Shown here piece by piece: positions 21,150-32,180 of a stretch of 33,419 nucleotides of DNA. The notes beneath the pieces are model-generated. The model saw only the letters and a program-made list of their open reading frames with translations. It was not told where the DNA came from and searched no databases. The number at the start of each line of letters is the position of its first letter. The stretch's first letter is position 1. Position numbers and translations under genes: made by a program. Source of the stretch: Octopus bimaculoides. Taxonomy: Eukaryota. The stretch lies in NCBI RefSeq assembly GCF_001194135.2, contig NC_068988.1, positions 83,613,794 through 83,647,212 of the forward strand, written 5' to 3'.

Positions 21150-22420
21150 GTAGAGTGACGCCGAAGAAAAGGCTGAACTGCTACCAGCATACCTTGAAAG
21201 GACGTGCCAGAAGTGAGTTAGAAGGAGAGGTAGATTAAGGAGGGTGCCCTTATCCCGTGGAAGATGATGAGCGGAGTGCTACCACCAATGACAGTGGTAC
21301 AGACAATAAAGGGCAAAATCAGGCCGATACTGGACTTTCAAAGATGAATGGCCATGTATCGTACCACACGGGCAGCAAGATAACTGACGTCTGTGGCGAG
21401 ACACTGTGCTAATGAAGACAGATAATGAGGGCAACGACGATTGTCGACTTAAAGTCGGCATATCTGCAGCTCCATGTGAGTGAGAAATTGTGGCAGTATC
21501 AGCTGGTTCAATATACGGTCCAGACATTCTGTTTGACTAGGCTGGGTTTTGGGCTAAAGATCATAGCAACAGTGCTCAAATCTATCCTGGGAAAGGTGGA
21601 CAACATAAAAAAGGCCACCAATTCCTATACAGACATCTTGGTAGACGAGACTGTAGTGTCTGCTGCAGAGGTCGTAAGTCAACTAAAGTTCGGGCTGACT
21701 GCGAAGCCACCGGAGCCAATGGTTGAAGGAGCTGCACTGGGGCTCAAGCTTCAAGAAGACAAAACAGGTGTTTTAGTGTTTTGGAGGGAGAATGAGATCC
21801 CAGAACTTGGTTGCAGCATCAACAAGTGAGAACTATTCTCGATGTGTGGGAGACTAGTGGGTCACCATCCAATCGCGGGGTGGCTTCGAACAGCGTGCAG
21901 CTATATCAAGAAACAACCAGATAGAGCAAAATGGAGAGACAAAGTGAGAGAGGGGACAGTGGCGATGATGCAGGAGATCCTATAGAAGGCAAGAGCAGAA
22001 GACCCACTAAGTGGAAACTGGAACGTGCCCAAATTGGAGAATGGTATCGTATTGTGCGATGCTAGCAGCGTAGCAATAGGGGTTATTCTGGAAACTGGAA
22101 GCGTTGAAGTGGAGGATGCAGCCTGGCTTCAAAAAGCAGATGATTACAAACACATCAACGTGTGGACGCAGTACTGAATGGGGTGAATCTGGCCCTTAAA
22201 TGGGCCGATTCGGCTACTGTGCTTGGCTGGGTAGGATCAGTTACCACCATTGAAAAGAGGGTTCAAACCAAAGGGGATGCAGAGATGTTATGAAAGTGCT
22301 GCCTAGGGGCTCTGGGAGAACTAGCTGCCGAATTTGGTTTGAAGCTGAACATGGTCTTTGTGCCTTCAGAAAGATACAAGGCAAACGTTTTAACCAGGGT
22401 GAAAAAGGTCTGGTCGGTGG
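21150..22420 (+). pseudogene. Reverse transcriptase plus RNase H, frameshifted
   Basis: KGKIRPILDF, VDLKSAYLQLHV, CLTRLGFGL, eroded YxDD (NSYTDILV), CDASSVAIGVILE (~22055), DSATVLGWV, KANVLTRV. Confidence 0.8.
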
Positions 22421-22479
22421 AGCCAGAAGATTCGAAGCAGGGATTCGAAGCAGTGTGTCGGCTAAGTGACTGGAACTAA

Positions 22480-22930
22480 GGAGACTGCATGCCATGCATC
22501 ATATGAGCATGGGGAGAACCCTGTATCTTTCCAGGAAGCTTGACTTCAACGTTACTAGACAGAGTATTCAAAAGGAGGTCGGGAACTGTGATAGGTGTCA
22601 ATCCATCGACCTTGCTTCGGGTGTGCATGAGCAGGGAAACATCTCGGTGGAGCACAACTGGAGACAATTGGCAGTGGATGTGACACACTACTAGCAAGGA
22701 ATGTATCTTTTGATGGTCAACTGTGGACTGGATCAGATGGCCATATGGAGGGAAATGAAGACGGGTACTGCAGACAAGATTGCACGTATCCTGAATGAGA
22801 TACGTTTTGGATGTTTGCAGAATTGTTACATTGTTGGACAACAAAGATGGAGGAGGGGAAGAGAATGAGGCTCCCTTCCTGCGGAGAACACAGTGTGCAA
22901 GGCGTCCAAATGGGTGAATGGCAGACTTCA
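22480..22930 (+). pseudogene. Integrase with HHCC finger and first catalytic Asp; catalytic core deleted near 22800
   Basis: MHHMSMGRTLYL...CDRCQSID...WRQLAVDVTHY; the sequence passes from LNEI to terminal-looking sequence with no recognisable DNG/E motifs. Confidence 0.7.
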
Positions 22931-23497
22931 ACATGGAGTGAAGTGAAAAGGTGATCTTTGAGATTAAGGGTCCGTGTGAAGATGAGATGAACTGGAAGGA
23001 AAGGGCTGAGACGTCAACGGCTGAGGGGCCTCACCGGAACAGGAAGGGGGAGAGAGGAAGTGGGGGAAGCAAGACCAGCGTCGTCCTTTTTCAGCCTGGG
23101 GCAGTGGTGGTGAACATGGATTGGTAGTAGTAGCTGCTATCATAAGGTGAGACAGGTAGGGTACATGTTTGGACTTAACACAGTTGGACAGGCAACAACG
23201 AGAGGTAGGTGAACCATATTATATTCCCTGCATTACAGTTCTCTCATACCACACATGTGGTAGGCAGTATTCTTTATTGATTGTCCTGCAATAAGTGACT
23301 CACTTGGAGATACAAGGTGCATGGGCTTTGGTTGTGTGAAGGGATCTAATGAGACATACCTAGAAGGATGGTTTTGGTCATTCATTTAGCTGTCTTAGAA
23401 GGGTCACAGGTAAAACAATTTAGTAGTTGGTAAAGAGCTTACAGATCTCAGATAAGTTAACTGACTTTCAGTAATCACAAAGTCCAAGGAACAGTGG

Positions 23498-23752
23498 ATG
23501 TTGGGTGGAGGGAAACTGTGAAATATATTACACTGATGAGGTAAGAATTGGAGACTGTAACGGCTGGGTTTGGATGTAAGAAAGGGATTAAGGGTGTTTG
23601 GAGTGTGGTCAAAGTTGCAGATAGGAGAGAATTCTTAACTGGTGCAAAAATAATTCAGGATGGCAGCAATTTTTTGGTTAAATTATCATGATAATGAAAG
23701 TGCTTGTTTGGCAATTTCTGTACAAAATTTTTATTTCTTTAACTTTTTCAAC
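23498..23752. repeat. Copy 1 of a ~255-bp direct duplication (copy 2 at 27020-27274), ~96% identical
   Basis: atgttgggtg...tttttcaac; about 9 substitutions by eye. Confidence 0.9.
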
Positions 23753-23762
23753 NNNNNNNNNN

Positions 23763-24008
23763 GGCTTGTGCGGGTGGCACATAAAAGACACCATTTCGAG
23801 CGTGGCCGTTTTCGTGCGGGTGACACGTAAAAGCACCCACTACACTCTCTGAGTGGTTGGCGTTAGGAAGGGCATCCAGCTGTAGAAACTCTGCCAAATC
23901 AGACTGGAGCCTGGTGTTGCCATCCGGTTTCACCAGTCCTCAGTCAAATCGTCCAACCCATGCTAGCATGGAAAGCGGACGTTAAACGATGATGATGATG
24001 ATGATGAT
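23763..24008 (+). mobile_element. SINE 3' portion with (GAT)n tail
   Basis: gttggcgttaggaagggcatccagctgtagaaac...aacccatgctagcatggaaagcggacgttaaacgatgatg; internal repeat gtgcgggtgRcacRtaaaag occurs twice. Confidence 0.8.
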
Positions 24009-24107
24009 GTATATATGTATTTGTGTATACACATACATACACAAATATACATATATGTGCATAAATACATAAACACACGTATACTCACATATGCAATATA
24101 CATACAT

Positions 24108-24138
<31 letters not shown>

Positions 24139-25166
24139 CACACACATAAAAACATACATATATACACAAAAATAAACATCATGCTTACAAAGATATACAT
24201 ACATACATACATACATACACATAATACATACATAAAAACTTCATAAACATAAATGATTCAGGTGAAATAAAAATTTTGTACAGAAATTGCTGAACAAACA
24301 CTTTCATTATGATGCCACTTTAACCAAAAAATTGCCAGGATGGCAAATGACTTGGTCTTTGCCACAGCCATGTCATGTACGGTGAATATGGGAGCCAAGA
24401 GGAGTTGAAGGAGTTGTGTGCATTGAAGACACTGAAGATGATGATTTAAGTTTGGGGCAAGGTGAAATAGCAGCAATACAGGATGAGAAATAACTGAAAA
24501 ATTGCTGGTAGCTGAAGACATTCAGGACAGAAGAGAGACATAGAGTTAGAATAATTGAAGACCCATGCTGTTGATGTTCAAATGAGAGATGTGAATAGTA
24601 CAAAGAGTGGATTCTACATAAATATATACAATAGCTTTCAGAGCAAAGTTGAAATATTAGCATTACGTTCTCCTTTGCTGCTCAGCACATAGGATAATAA
24701 ATTTCTTCCATTGGGCTCACTCAACTGCTATTCTTGCACATGTAATGTTAACAGTCTTCAGGCCATCCTGAAATGTCAGCCACTAGGTGATCTTTGAACT
24801 ACCCTTTTTACATCTATCATCAGGTGGCATCTATGTTATGGCTGTTCACAAGTCCTATTCATCAGCTAGCTGGAGAATGTGGCCAGCCAGTTAGAATAAG
24901 TGCTCTTCTATAATATCATGCAGTCATTGTGACCTTTCTCTTCTCAGCATTAACCACACTCTTCTCAGTTGAAAACCACTTCTTACCCTCACCCATTTAT
25001 TACGCTCAGTAGTGTAATTGCCACGCAATAATCAACACTTGTGTATTCTTGGGTATTCTAACTCTAACTCTCTTTGAATTATATATATATATATAGATGT
25101 GCTGGCCTCCTGATAATTAATCGATATTAATTAATATATGATTAATTACCAGATTTTATAATGATT

Positions 25167-25215
<49 letters not shown>

Positions 25216-25496
25216 NNNNNNNNNNNNNNNNNNNNNNNNNNNNNNNNNNNNNNNNNNNNNNNNNNNNNNNNNNNNNNNNNNNNNNNNNNNNNNNNNNNNN
25301 NNNNNNNNNNNNNNNNNNNNNNNNNNNNNNNNNNNNNNNNNNNNNNNNNNNNNNNNNNNNNNNNNNNNNNNNNNNNNNNNNNNNNNNNNNNNNNNNNNNN
25401 NNNNNNNNNNNNNNNNNNNNNNNNNNNNNNNNNNNNNNNNNNNNNNNNNNNNNNNNNNNNNNNNNNNNNNNNNNNNNNNNNNNNNNNNNNNNNNNN

Positions 25497-25538
<42 letters not shown>

Positions 25539-25539
<1 letters not shown>

Positions 25540-25677
25540 CAATAGAAAGAAAACTTGGAGGAAAATTTAGATATATATATATACATACTGTGTATATGTA
25601 TAATGAATAGTTGCCAAATCTCTAAGCTAGGTTTTGAAACTGAATCTACATTTTCCTCCAAGTTTTCTTCGTATTGT
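25539..25677. repeat. 34-bp inverted repeat (31/34 match) with a 71-nt spacer
   Basis: acaatagaaagaaaacttggaggaaaatttagat (25539-25572) versus the reverse complement of 25644-25677, acaatacgaagaaaacttggaggaaaatgtagat. Confidence 0.85.
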
Positions 25678-25914
25678 TCTTGCCCATTGCACCATTGCAC
25701 TAGGAAATTTATGAGAGTAAACTGATCTCTTAGCCTAGGCAAAGGTATTAGAAGGTCAGACAAGATGTCTTGTGGTATCTTTTCTGGCTCTTTATGACTG
25801 CATAGTGGTGCCAGACTGTATCAACTCAAATTGCCTTCTTTTCATTTTGAATAACCATCAATATTGTGGAGAAGAGACATTTGCATAAATGGGCAACTAC
25901 CAATTTTTCCCAAA

Positions 25915-26150
25915 AATCTTGCCCAAGGCTGTGTATACTTGTACAAATGCAGGGCCAATTTCATTGATACAGGCTGTAATCTATTTTTTGATACTGTTCA
26001 TCTGTTTGTGCTATACTTATTTTGACTACACCACTGCCCAAGACTGTGTATACATGTGCAGATGCATACCCAATTTTGCCGAATGGAGGCCCTAACCTGT
26101 TTTGGTACTTTTCAACTATTTGTGCTATACTTACTTGCATTATACCATTG
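25915..26150. repeat. Diverged ~115-bp tandem repeat, ~2 units
   Basis: tgcccaaggctgtgtatacttgtacaaatgca vs tgcccaagactgtgtatacatgtgcagatgca; tttgtgctatactta occurs twice. Confidence 0.7.
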
Positions 26151-26339
26151 TCATGTTAAATTGAAAGGCTATATTTTCAGCAGAACATGAGTGAAAATTC
26201 AAATTATTATAGGAGACTCTTTCAGACAAATGCTTCAGAAATCACAACAACTTAATGCAACACTGCTTATAAGATTATTCTACCTTTTGTATAGTCATTT
26301 CTAGATGTCAGTGGATAAGAGAAATAATGTTGTTTTTTT

Positions 26340-26460
26340 TATTTAGGTACAAAGCCAGCAACTTTGAAGGGAGAGAAAGTACCATCAACCCAAGTGCTTA
26401 ACTAATACTTTATTTTATTCACTCTGGAAAGATGAAAAGCAAAGTTGACATTGACAGAAT
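26340..26460 (-). mobile_element. Old SINE remnant (family of 4573-4822)
   Basis: ggtacaaagccagcaac...gatgaaaagcaaagttgac resembles the reverse complement of the SINE body. Confidence 0.5.
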
Positions 26461-26864
26461 AGTGTATAAAAGAAATAACAATCTGTCCATGGAATTTATT
26501 GATGTTACAAGATTTGACATTTTACAACAATTCCTGGTATTATTTATTCAATTATGAAATCTTTGTCATACCAGTCTTTTTTTATCTCTTGCTCATGATA
26601 CAATCTCACTGACTGTAGTACCAAAGAGTTTGAGGTCTCTTTCTTTAAGTCATCATATTGCCTCTATGTGAATTACCCTCATCATCATCACCTATAAGTA
26701 TCTACACTATTCTCCAACTTGAAATGTAATTGAAAACAAAATCCCTCACTGAACGATTCAAAGTCACTGAATGTAAAAACTGTATCCATCAGACAAACAA
26801 GTATTTGCAACCTGCATAAATTCACTTGTCAACAGACTTACAAGTTGAAGTGGGTTTGATTTAA

Positions 26865-27005
26865 CCCTTTTAATACCAACCCATCTCAGATTCTGCCTCT
26901 GGTTTTATGATACAAACTTTGTTTTAAAGTGATCTAAGTTAAAACCTTTCTTCTCTTCCATATGTTTTCCTGTAGAATATGAGCTTGGTCTTTAAAAATT
27001 CAGGG
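26865..27005. mobile_element. piggyBac-like MITE with TTAA target duplication
   Basis: TTAA|CCCT...AGGG|TTAA (26861-26864, 27006-27009); the TIR match is only 4 bp. Confidence 0.4.
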
Positions 27006-27019
27006 TTAACAGAATAAAA

Positions 27020-27274
27020 ATGTTGGGTGAAAGGAAACTGTGAAATATATTACATTGATGGGGTAAGAATTAGAGATTGTAATGGCTGGGTTTGGATGTA
27101 AGAAAGGGATTAAGGGTGTTTGGAGTGTGGTCAAAGTTGCAGATAGGAGAGAATTCTTAACTGGTGCAAAAATAATTCAGGATGGCAGCAATTTTTTGGT
27201 TAAAGTATCATGATAATGAAAGTGCTTGTTTGGCAATTTCTGTACAAAATTTTTATTTCTTTAATTTTTTCAAC
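27020..27274. repeat. Copy 2 of the ~255-bp direct duplication
   Basis: See 23498-23752. Confidence 0.9.
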
Positions 27275-27659
27275 TGAATTGCTTATATTTATGTATTTTT
27301 TGTATATGCATCATGTGTTTGTGTGTATGTGTGTATATGTGTGTATGTGTGTATGTTCCTTTCTGTGGAAGAGTGTAGGCTTGAAACATTAAAGACTTTT
27401 TCAATTCCTGAGTATTATACTAATACATCTATTTTTCTACACCACGTCTGTTGCATTTTTGTGAATTCTCCCTATATGTATTAAAAAATTCACTTAATCT
27501 ATTTGGCACAGAGTGGATGAAACTATTCAAAGTATGGAATACGCCCATAAGTGTGAAAATATAGTCAGTTCAGTTGAAGGTTCAAATGCGGCTGAGGGAA
27601 TGAAACAAAAAATTGCAGTAAAACAGAGTGGAGCATCTCTATGTAAGCCAAAACAAAAT

Positions 27660-28801
27660 GAAAAATTGCCCAAAATAAAAAGTAAACATTGTTCAAAAGT
27701 AGATTTTCCATGGTAGAGACTACACATCGATTTCGCTGATCCTTTAAATGGTTCTTACTACTTAGTGGTAGTTGATAGTTTCTCGAAATGGCCTGAAAGT
27801 TGCAAGTGTAAAAAACCAACCTTCTCAACTGGGAATTTTTTACACGCATTGTTTTCAAGATTTGGCATTCCAGACAAGATAGTGTCTAACAATGGAACGC
27901 AATTTGTGTCTAATGAATTTTAAAAATTTTAGAAAACGTTCATGGTAAAACGTATAACTACAGCACCATACCATCACAGGACAGGTACAATGCTTTGTTG
28001 ATACCTTCAAAAGAGCCCTTAGAAAATCGAATAAGGAAGTCATGGATGATGTAGCTCTACAACAATTTGTAAGAGTGTACCATGTGACACTAAATCCGAA
28101 TACACTCGCAGGTAGATCACCAGCAGAGCTGATGTTTGCAAGGAAAGTAAAATCAGTTTTTGATAAATTGCTACCTGGCAAGAAAAGAGAAAGAGCCATG
28201 GAAGATATAGCAAGATTCTTTAAAGTTGGTGAAAAGGTGTATATGAGGGCATACAAGAATAGAAGGCAGAGTTGGGAAGATGGCGTAATTTCCAAATGCA
28301 TAGGTAAAATTATGTATTGGGTAATAAGTAAAAAAGGTATACAAAAGAAACACAGGAACCAACTGAAAAAGAGATTTGAGAAAAGCAAACCAAAGAAGTT
28401 GGAGGAACCAATGGAATGGTTGTATGATACGTTCCAAGTACCAATGCCACTGCAGGTGATTGAACCCAGGTGTACAAGTGAAAGGATAAGAAAACATACA
28501 GTAATTCCTGAAAATAAATGCCAAGTGAAAAAAATATTAAACTGTATGAAAAGAAAACTCAAAAAATGGAGGTAGGGTGAATAAAAAAAATCATTGCTAA
28601 ATAAAATGTCACTTCCTAAGAAAAACTTAAAAGAGGAGATGTCGTAGGGAATTAGTAATAATGGTACACCCCCCCCCCCATGTGACAAATGGAATTATCT
28701 AGTCACTATATGTAAAGAGAGTATGTAGTAGGCAGTCAGAGATAGTTGTATCTTTACTGGTTTTACTAAATATACTGTATACTGAAGTGGGCATTTTAAC
28801 A
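27660..28801 (+). mobile_element. 3' end of a Ty3/Gypsy element: decayed integrase, PPT (28629-28639) and 162-bp 3' LTR (28640-28801)
   Basis: KVDFPW*RLHIDFADPLNGSYYLVVVDSFSKWPE; FGIPDKIVSNNGTQF; SPAELMF; FKVGEKVYMR...KKHRNQL; aaaagaggaga|TGTCG...TTAACA. Confidence 0.9.
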
Positions 28802-29744
28802 ATCCAACATTTCAAAGATATAACAGTAACTTCATCAGTTATTTTATCATTATGTCTTCTTATATTTTCTGTCTTAAAAATACATCTCTATAAAGAGTTT
28901 TATAACATCAAAATTGATATAGAGATACACAGATTGCTATTTTAAACTAATACTTCTCTAGCACATTAGTGGTCAGCTAATTGCAACATCAATAATTTTT
29001 CAATCACTGTTTTCCAATATCAGTAAGAACAGATTTTATTTTATCATGCAGCTGCTGGTGAAAACTTCTGACAAATCCCAAAGCATCAGAAATAGACATT
29101 TAGCAATGCCACCACTACTGCTGGACAATTTTCATCTACTACTGACATGTTTTTGTCTTATTTAACACTGTACATCTATAACAGATACTTTCTCAGGATG
29201 AATATCATTGATTAGGTTTTCCATGATGTATCTGCTTTAAGTATGATACACAGATTGCTGATATAGAGACTTAGTGGAATGCTTAGCTGCTTATTTGTTA
29301 ATACAGAAGCAGATAATTCAGTTGATCAAACAATTGAATCCCCATCATTGAAATCTACATAGATCCATCCATAATGCATATATGCATGCACATGCACTGA
29401 ACAATGAAGCATCAAGCTCAGAAAATATATAGCATTTAGGTCAATATTGAATTTTCTTTTTCTTTTATTTAACACCAGACTGGCCTGGATAAGGAGTTCT
29501 TAGTGCATCAGGCTTATGGGAAAGGCATGAATATCACATCTTATTTCCTACCATTGTCAATATAAATCTTCCAATAGTCTTATACTACAAATCTATTGCA
29601 ATATCACCAAGGTGTATGTCATATATTTCAGATATTTCATAGTTAAGTCAGAAACCTAGTTTAAATTCATTGTTGTAATTTTTGTCTCGTTAAGGTATGA
29701 AGATCACTCAATCTTCTTTACTCACTCAACAAATCTATAACTTT

Positions 29745-29935
29745 ACAGTAGCAGCAGCAGCAGCAGCACCACCACCAACACCACCACCAACACCACCACC
29801 ACCGCCGCCACCGCCACCACCGCCACCACCACCAACCACCACCACTACCACTCACACCATTTAGTGTCTATGTTCCATGCTGGCATGAGTTGAATGGTTT
29901 GACCAGATCCAATGTGACAAAGGACTGCATGAAGC
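29745..29935 (-). mobile_element. SINE 3' end with an expanded trinucleotide tail (CAG/CAC/CCG)n
   Basis: tttagtgtctatgttccatgctggcatgagttgaatggtttgac is the decayed reverse complement of the tail of 23763-24008. Confidence 0.55.
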
Positions 29936-30925
29936 TCCAATATCTTCTTTCTTTAATAATTCCAATATTTCACATTAATGCATTACAAATGTCATGTTTT
30001 AATTGAATCTATTGTATGAGCAGTTAAGGTTTATTACCCACAGTGAATATAGCATAACACAAATGTTATATAATCAGCTGCATTGAAACATATGCAGTTT
30101 GTGACTAACATTGGTTCAGAGATGATATTAAGATACTAAGTGCAGTCCAGAAATGTATTTATTCTTCGTTATGTGACCTAGATTGCTTTTGACCTGAAAT
30201 AAAAAGGTTAAATGATGTCTACTGCTTCTAGTATTCACAGAAGTTTCTGTTTCTGCTTTATATCCATTTATATTTAAATGTTTAAGCTAAAGTTCACCAA
30301 TTTTCCTTTTACAGAAACACAAGAAACTTAACCACCAAAACAGATTAGTGTGACATCAAATTATTCTCATTTGAAAGAAAGGATTCCAACTGAATATCAT
30401 AAATATCGAACTGTTTGAACAAGAGCCAACAAGGGCCATGCTTATTTAATTGGTTAGAAATAGCTGCCAATCTCCCTCAAATCACATTCTGTTTTCTGAG
30501 GAAATGAAGAGCACAATCGATAATAAGGTTATAAAATATATTATATCTTAGAGAAAAAATTAGAATGTTTGTGACTAGAATGCTTTTGATCAAGTACCTG
30601 ATTAATCAGGACTGATCTGAAGTTGAACAACATTAGCTCTACTACTACCATCACTATCACTCCTACCATGACCATCAATGACAGAGCCTTCACATTATTT
30701 CTCACACTTCTAGAAATAATAGCTCTCAAACCCTATGATGTTATCATTTAAAAAAGAAGAACACAATTCATAATGCAATTCTGTATGTCTAAATAAAATA
30801 CAAGACAGTCATGGCTGGAACACCTTTAACCACAGATGTTCTGGGTCAAGGCCAACCTGAGGTTAAACAACAACACTGATAACAATTACTTGATAATTCA
30901 TCTCTAAATTCTTATTGTAGGTAAG

Positions 30926-31135
30926 TCTTGTGGCTATGACCTTTGCAAACCTCCTGAGATTTAGGTGTTGTGGCTATGGTCTGTCCAAACCCTCCAAGAC
31001 CTAGAGATTGTGGACATGATTTTGGATATGACCATGGATTCTGCAATACTTAAGGATTGTAGGCATTGTCTCTACAAACCTGAAATCTAGGATCTGTGGC
31101 TATGGTCCCTACAGAACCCCTGAGACTGCAGTAAA
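30926..31135. repeat. Degenerate ~40-bp minisatellite, ~5 units
   Basis: Recurring ttgtggctatg...caaacc...agatttagg/aaatctagg units. Confidence 0.65.
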
Positions 31136-31519
31136 ATAATATGTACAAGCAAAGACCTTCTCGAGGCCAAAATTCTGAGGAGGAAGGAGTAGTTTTTAGT
31201 CTGGAGCCTGAGGGTAGACAGAATCTGGATAATGAAAGATGAGTTAATAGAGAGTACATAAGTAGAGATAATATAAGGAGTATATTTTGAGGAGTAGAGA
31301 GGCCACTGTTGACGTGATAGAAAAGCATTATTGCTTGGCAAGTAGTTTACCAATGTATTCCCAATGGTGCCATAAAACATTAGTTATGATATCTACCAAC
31401 AGTACACTGCATTTATAACCATACCCCTACTGCAGCCACCACCACTTCATGATAGTAGTATCTGTTACACCATCTATGATACCACCACTACCACACAGCT
31501 GCTATAGCTACAACTGCAA

Positions 31520-31600
31520 CACCAATACTACAACTACTGTTGCATCACATTACCACTACAGCTACCACCACCACCACCACTACTGCTGCTGCTACTACCA

Positions 31601-31640
<40 letters not shown>

Positions 31641-31655
31641 AAGACCGCTACTACT
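31520..31655. repeat. Trinucleotide repeat (CAC/CTA/CTG)n
   Basis: Read directly from the sequence. Confidence 0.9.
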
Positions 31656-31963
31656 AAGTGGGAGCATGTATGTGGTCGCTGTAGCTGGTAGAAATAGCAG
31701 TCAAACTCTCTCTAATCACAGCCTATTTTCTTAGGAAAGGAAAGGACACTGGATAATATAGTGCTGAACATACTCCTTGAAAGACAAGATGGTCACAGCT
31801 TGAATGTTTTTAATCATAAGTTTGATCAATTGGGACAGACCTGGGTCAAGAATTACAACAGAATGTAATGTGACTGTGGATAAAGTACAGATAGTTAAAA
31901 AAAAAAACAGCTGTAGTTTTAAGAGATAAGAAATTATCTAATTTCATTCTTATAACACATACT

Positions 31964-32010
<47 letters not shown>

Positions 32011-32180
32011 TTATATTTTATAGATATTTACTATAACAGGTTGGAAACAGTTGATAAGGCACTACCTGCTTGTTTTTCATTATTCTAGTTATATTATCTT
32101 TCCACTGGCTGCCTGATTAACTTGATGTGAGACCAAATAATGTTTGCTATAGACTGGGTGTGTGTGTGTTTCTATATATA

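Larger units (their letters stand above)
20462..23180 (+). mobile_element. Decayed LTR retrotransposon, order gag(CCHC)-PR-RT-RNaseH-IN-3'LTR; the 5' part lies in the gap
   Basis: CYRCRQTGHISRNC; VLVDTGC; IVDLKSAYLQL...LTRLGFGL; CDASS..GVILE; HM..RTLYL...CDRCQSID; WRQLAVDVTHY; putative 3' LTR 22975-23180 (TGTGAAG...CTTAACA). Confidence 0.9.
898..25496. other. Assembly gaps at 898-907, 3313-4117, 8329-8940, 10307-10703, 11918-12291, 18572-18581, 19987-20461, 23753-23762 and 25216-25496
   Basis: Runs of N, several flanked by (TA)n or (TG)n. Confidence 0.98.

Noticed and set aside
24740-24980. Possible very old RTE 3' fragment on the minus strand
   Set aside because: There is only a vague resemblance to W.GH..R...R..GRP motifs; too decayed to support.
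3294-25763. Long ORFs filled with X in the ORF track
   Set aside because: They only read through N-gaps.
27855-28688. 277-aa antisense ORF
   Set aside because: It is the shadow frame of the A-rich integrase on the plus strand and has no recognisable motif.
30313-30420. Possible exon after ttttccttttacag
   Set aside because: All three frames stop within 40 nt, so it cannot be distinguished from chance or a terminal exon.
30926-31135. CRISPR-like repeat array (also 6889-6952)
   Set aside because: The units are contiguous, degenerate tandem repeats without unique spacers, in a eukaryotic context.
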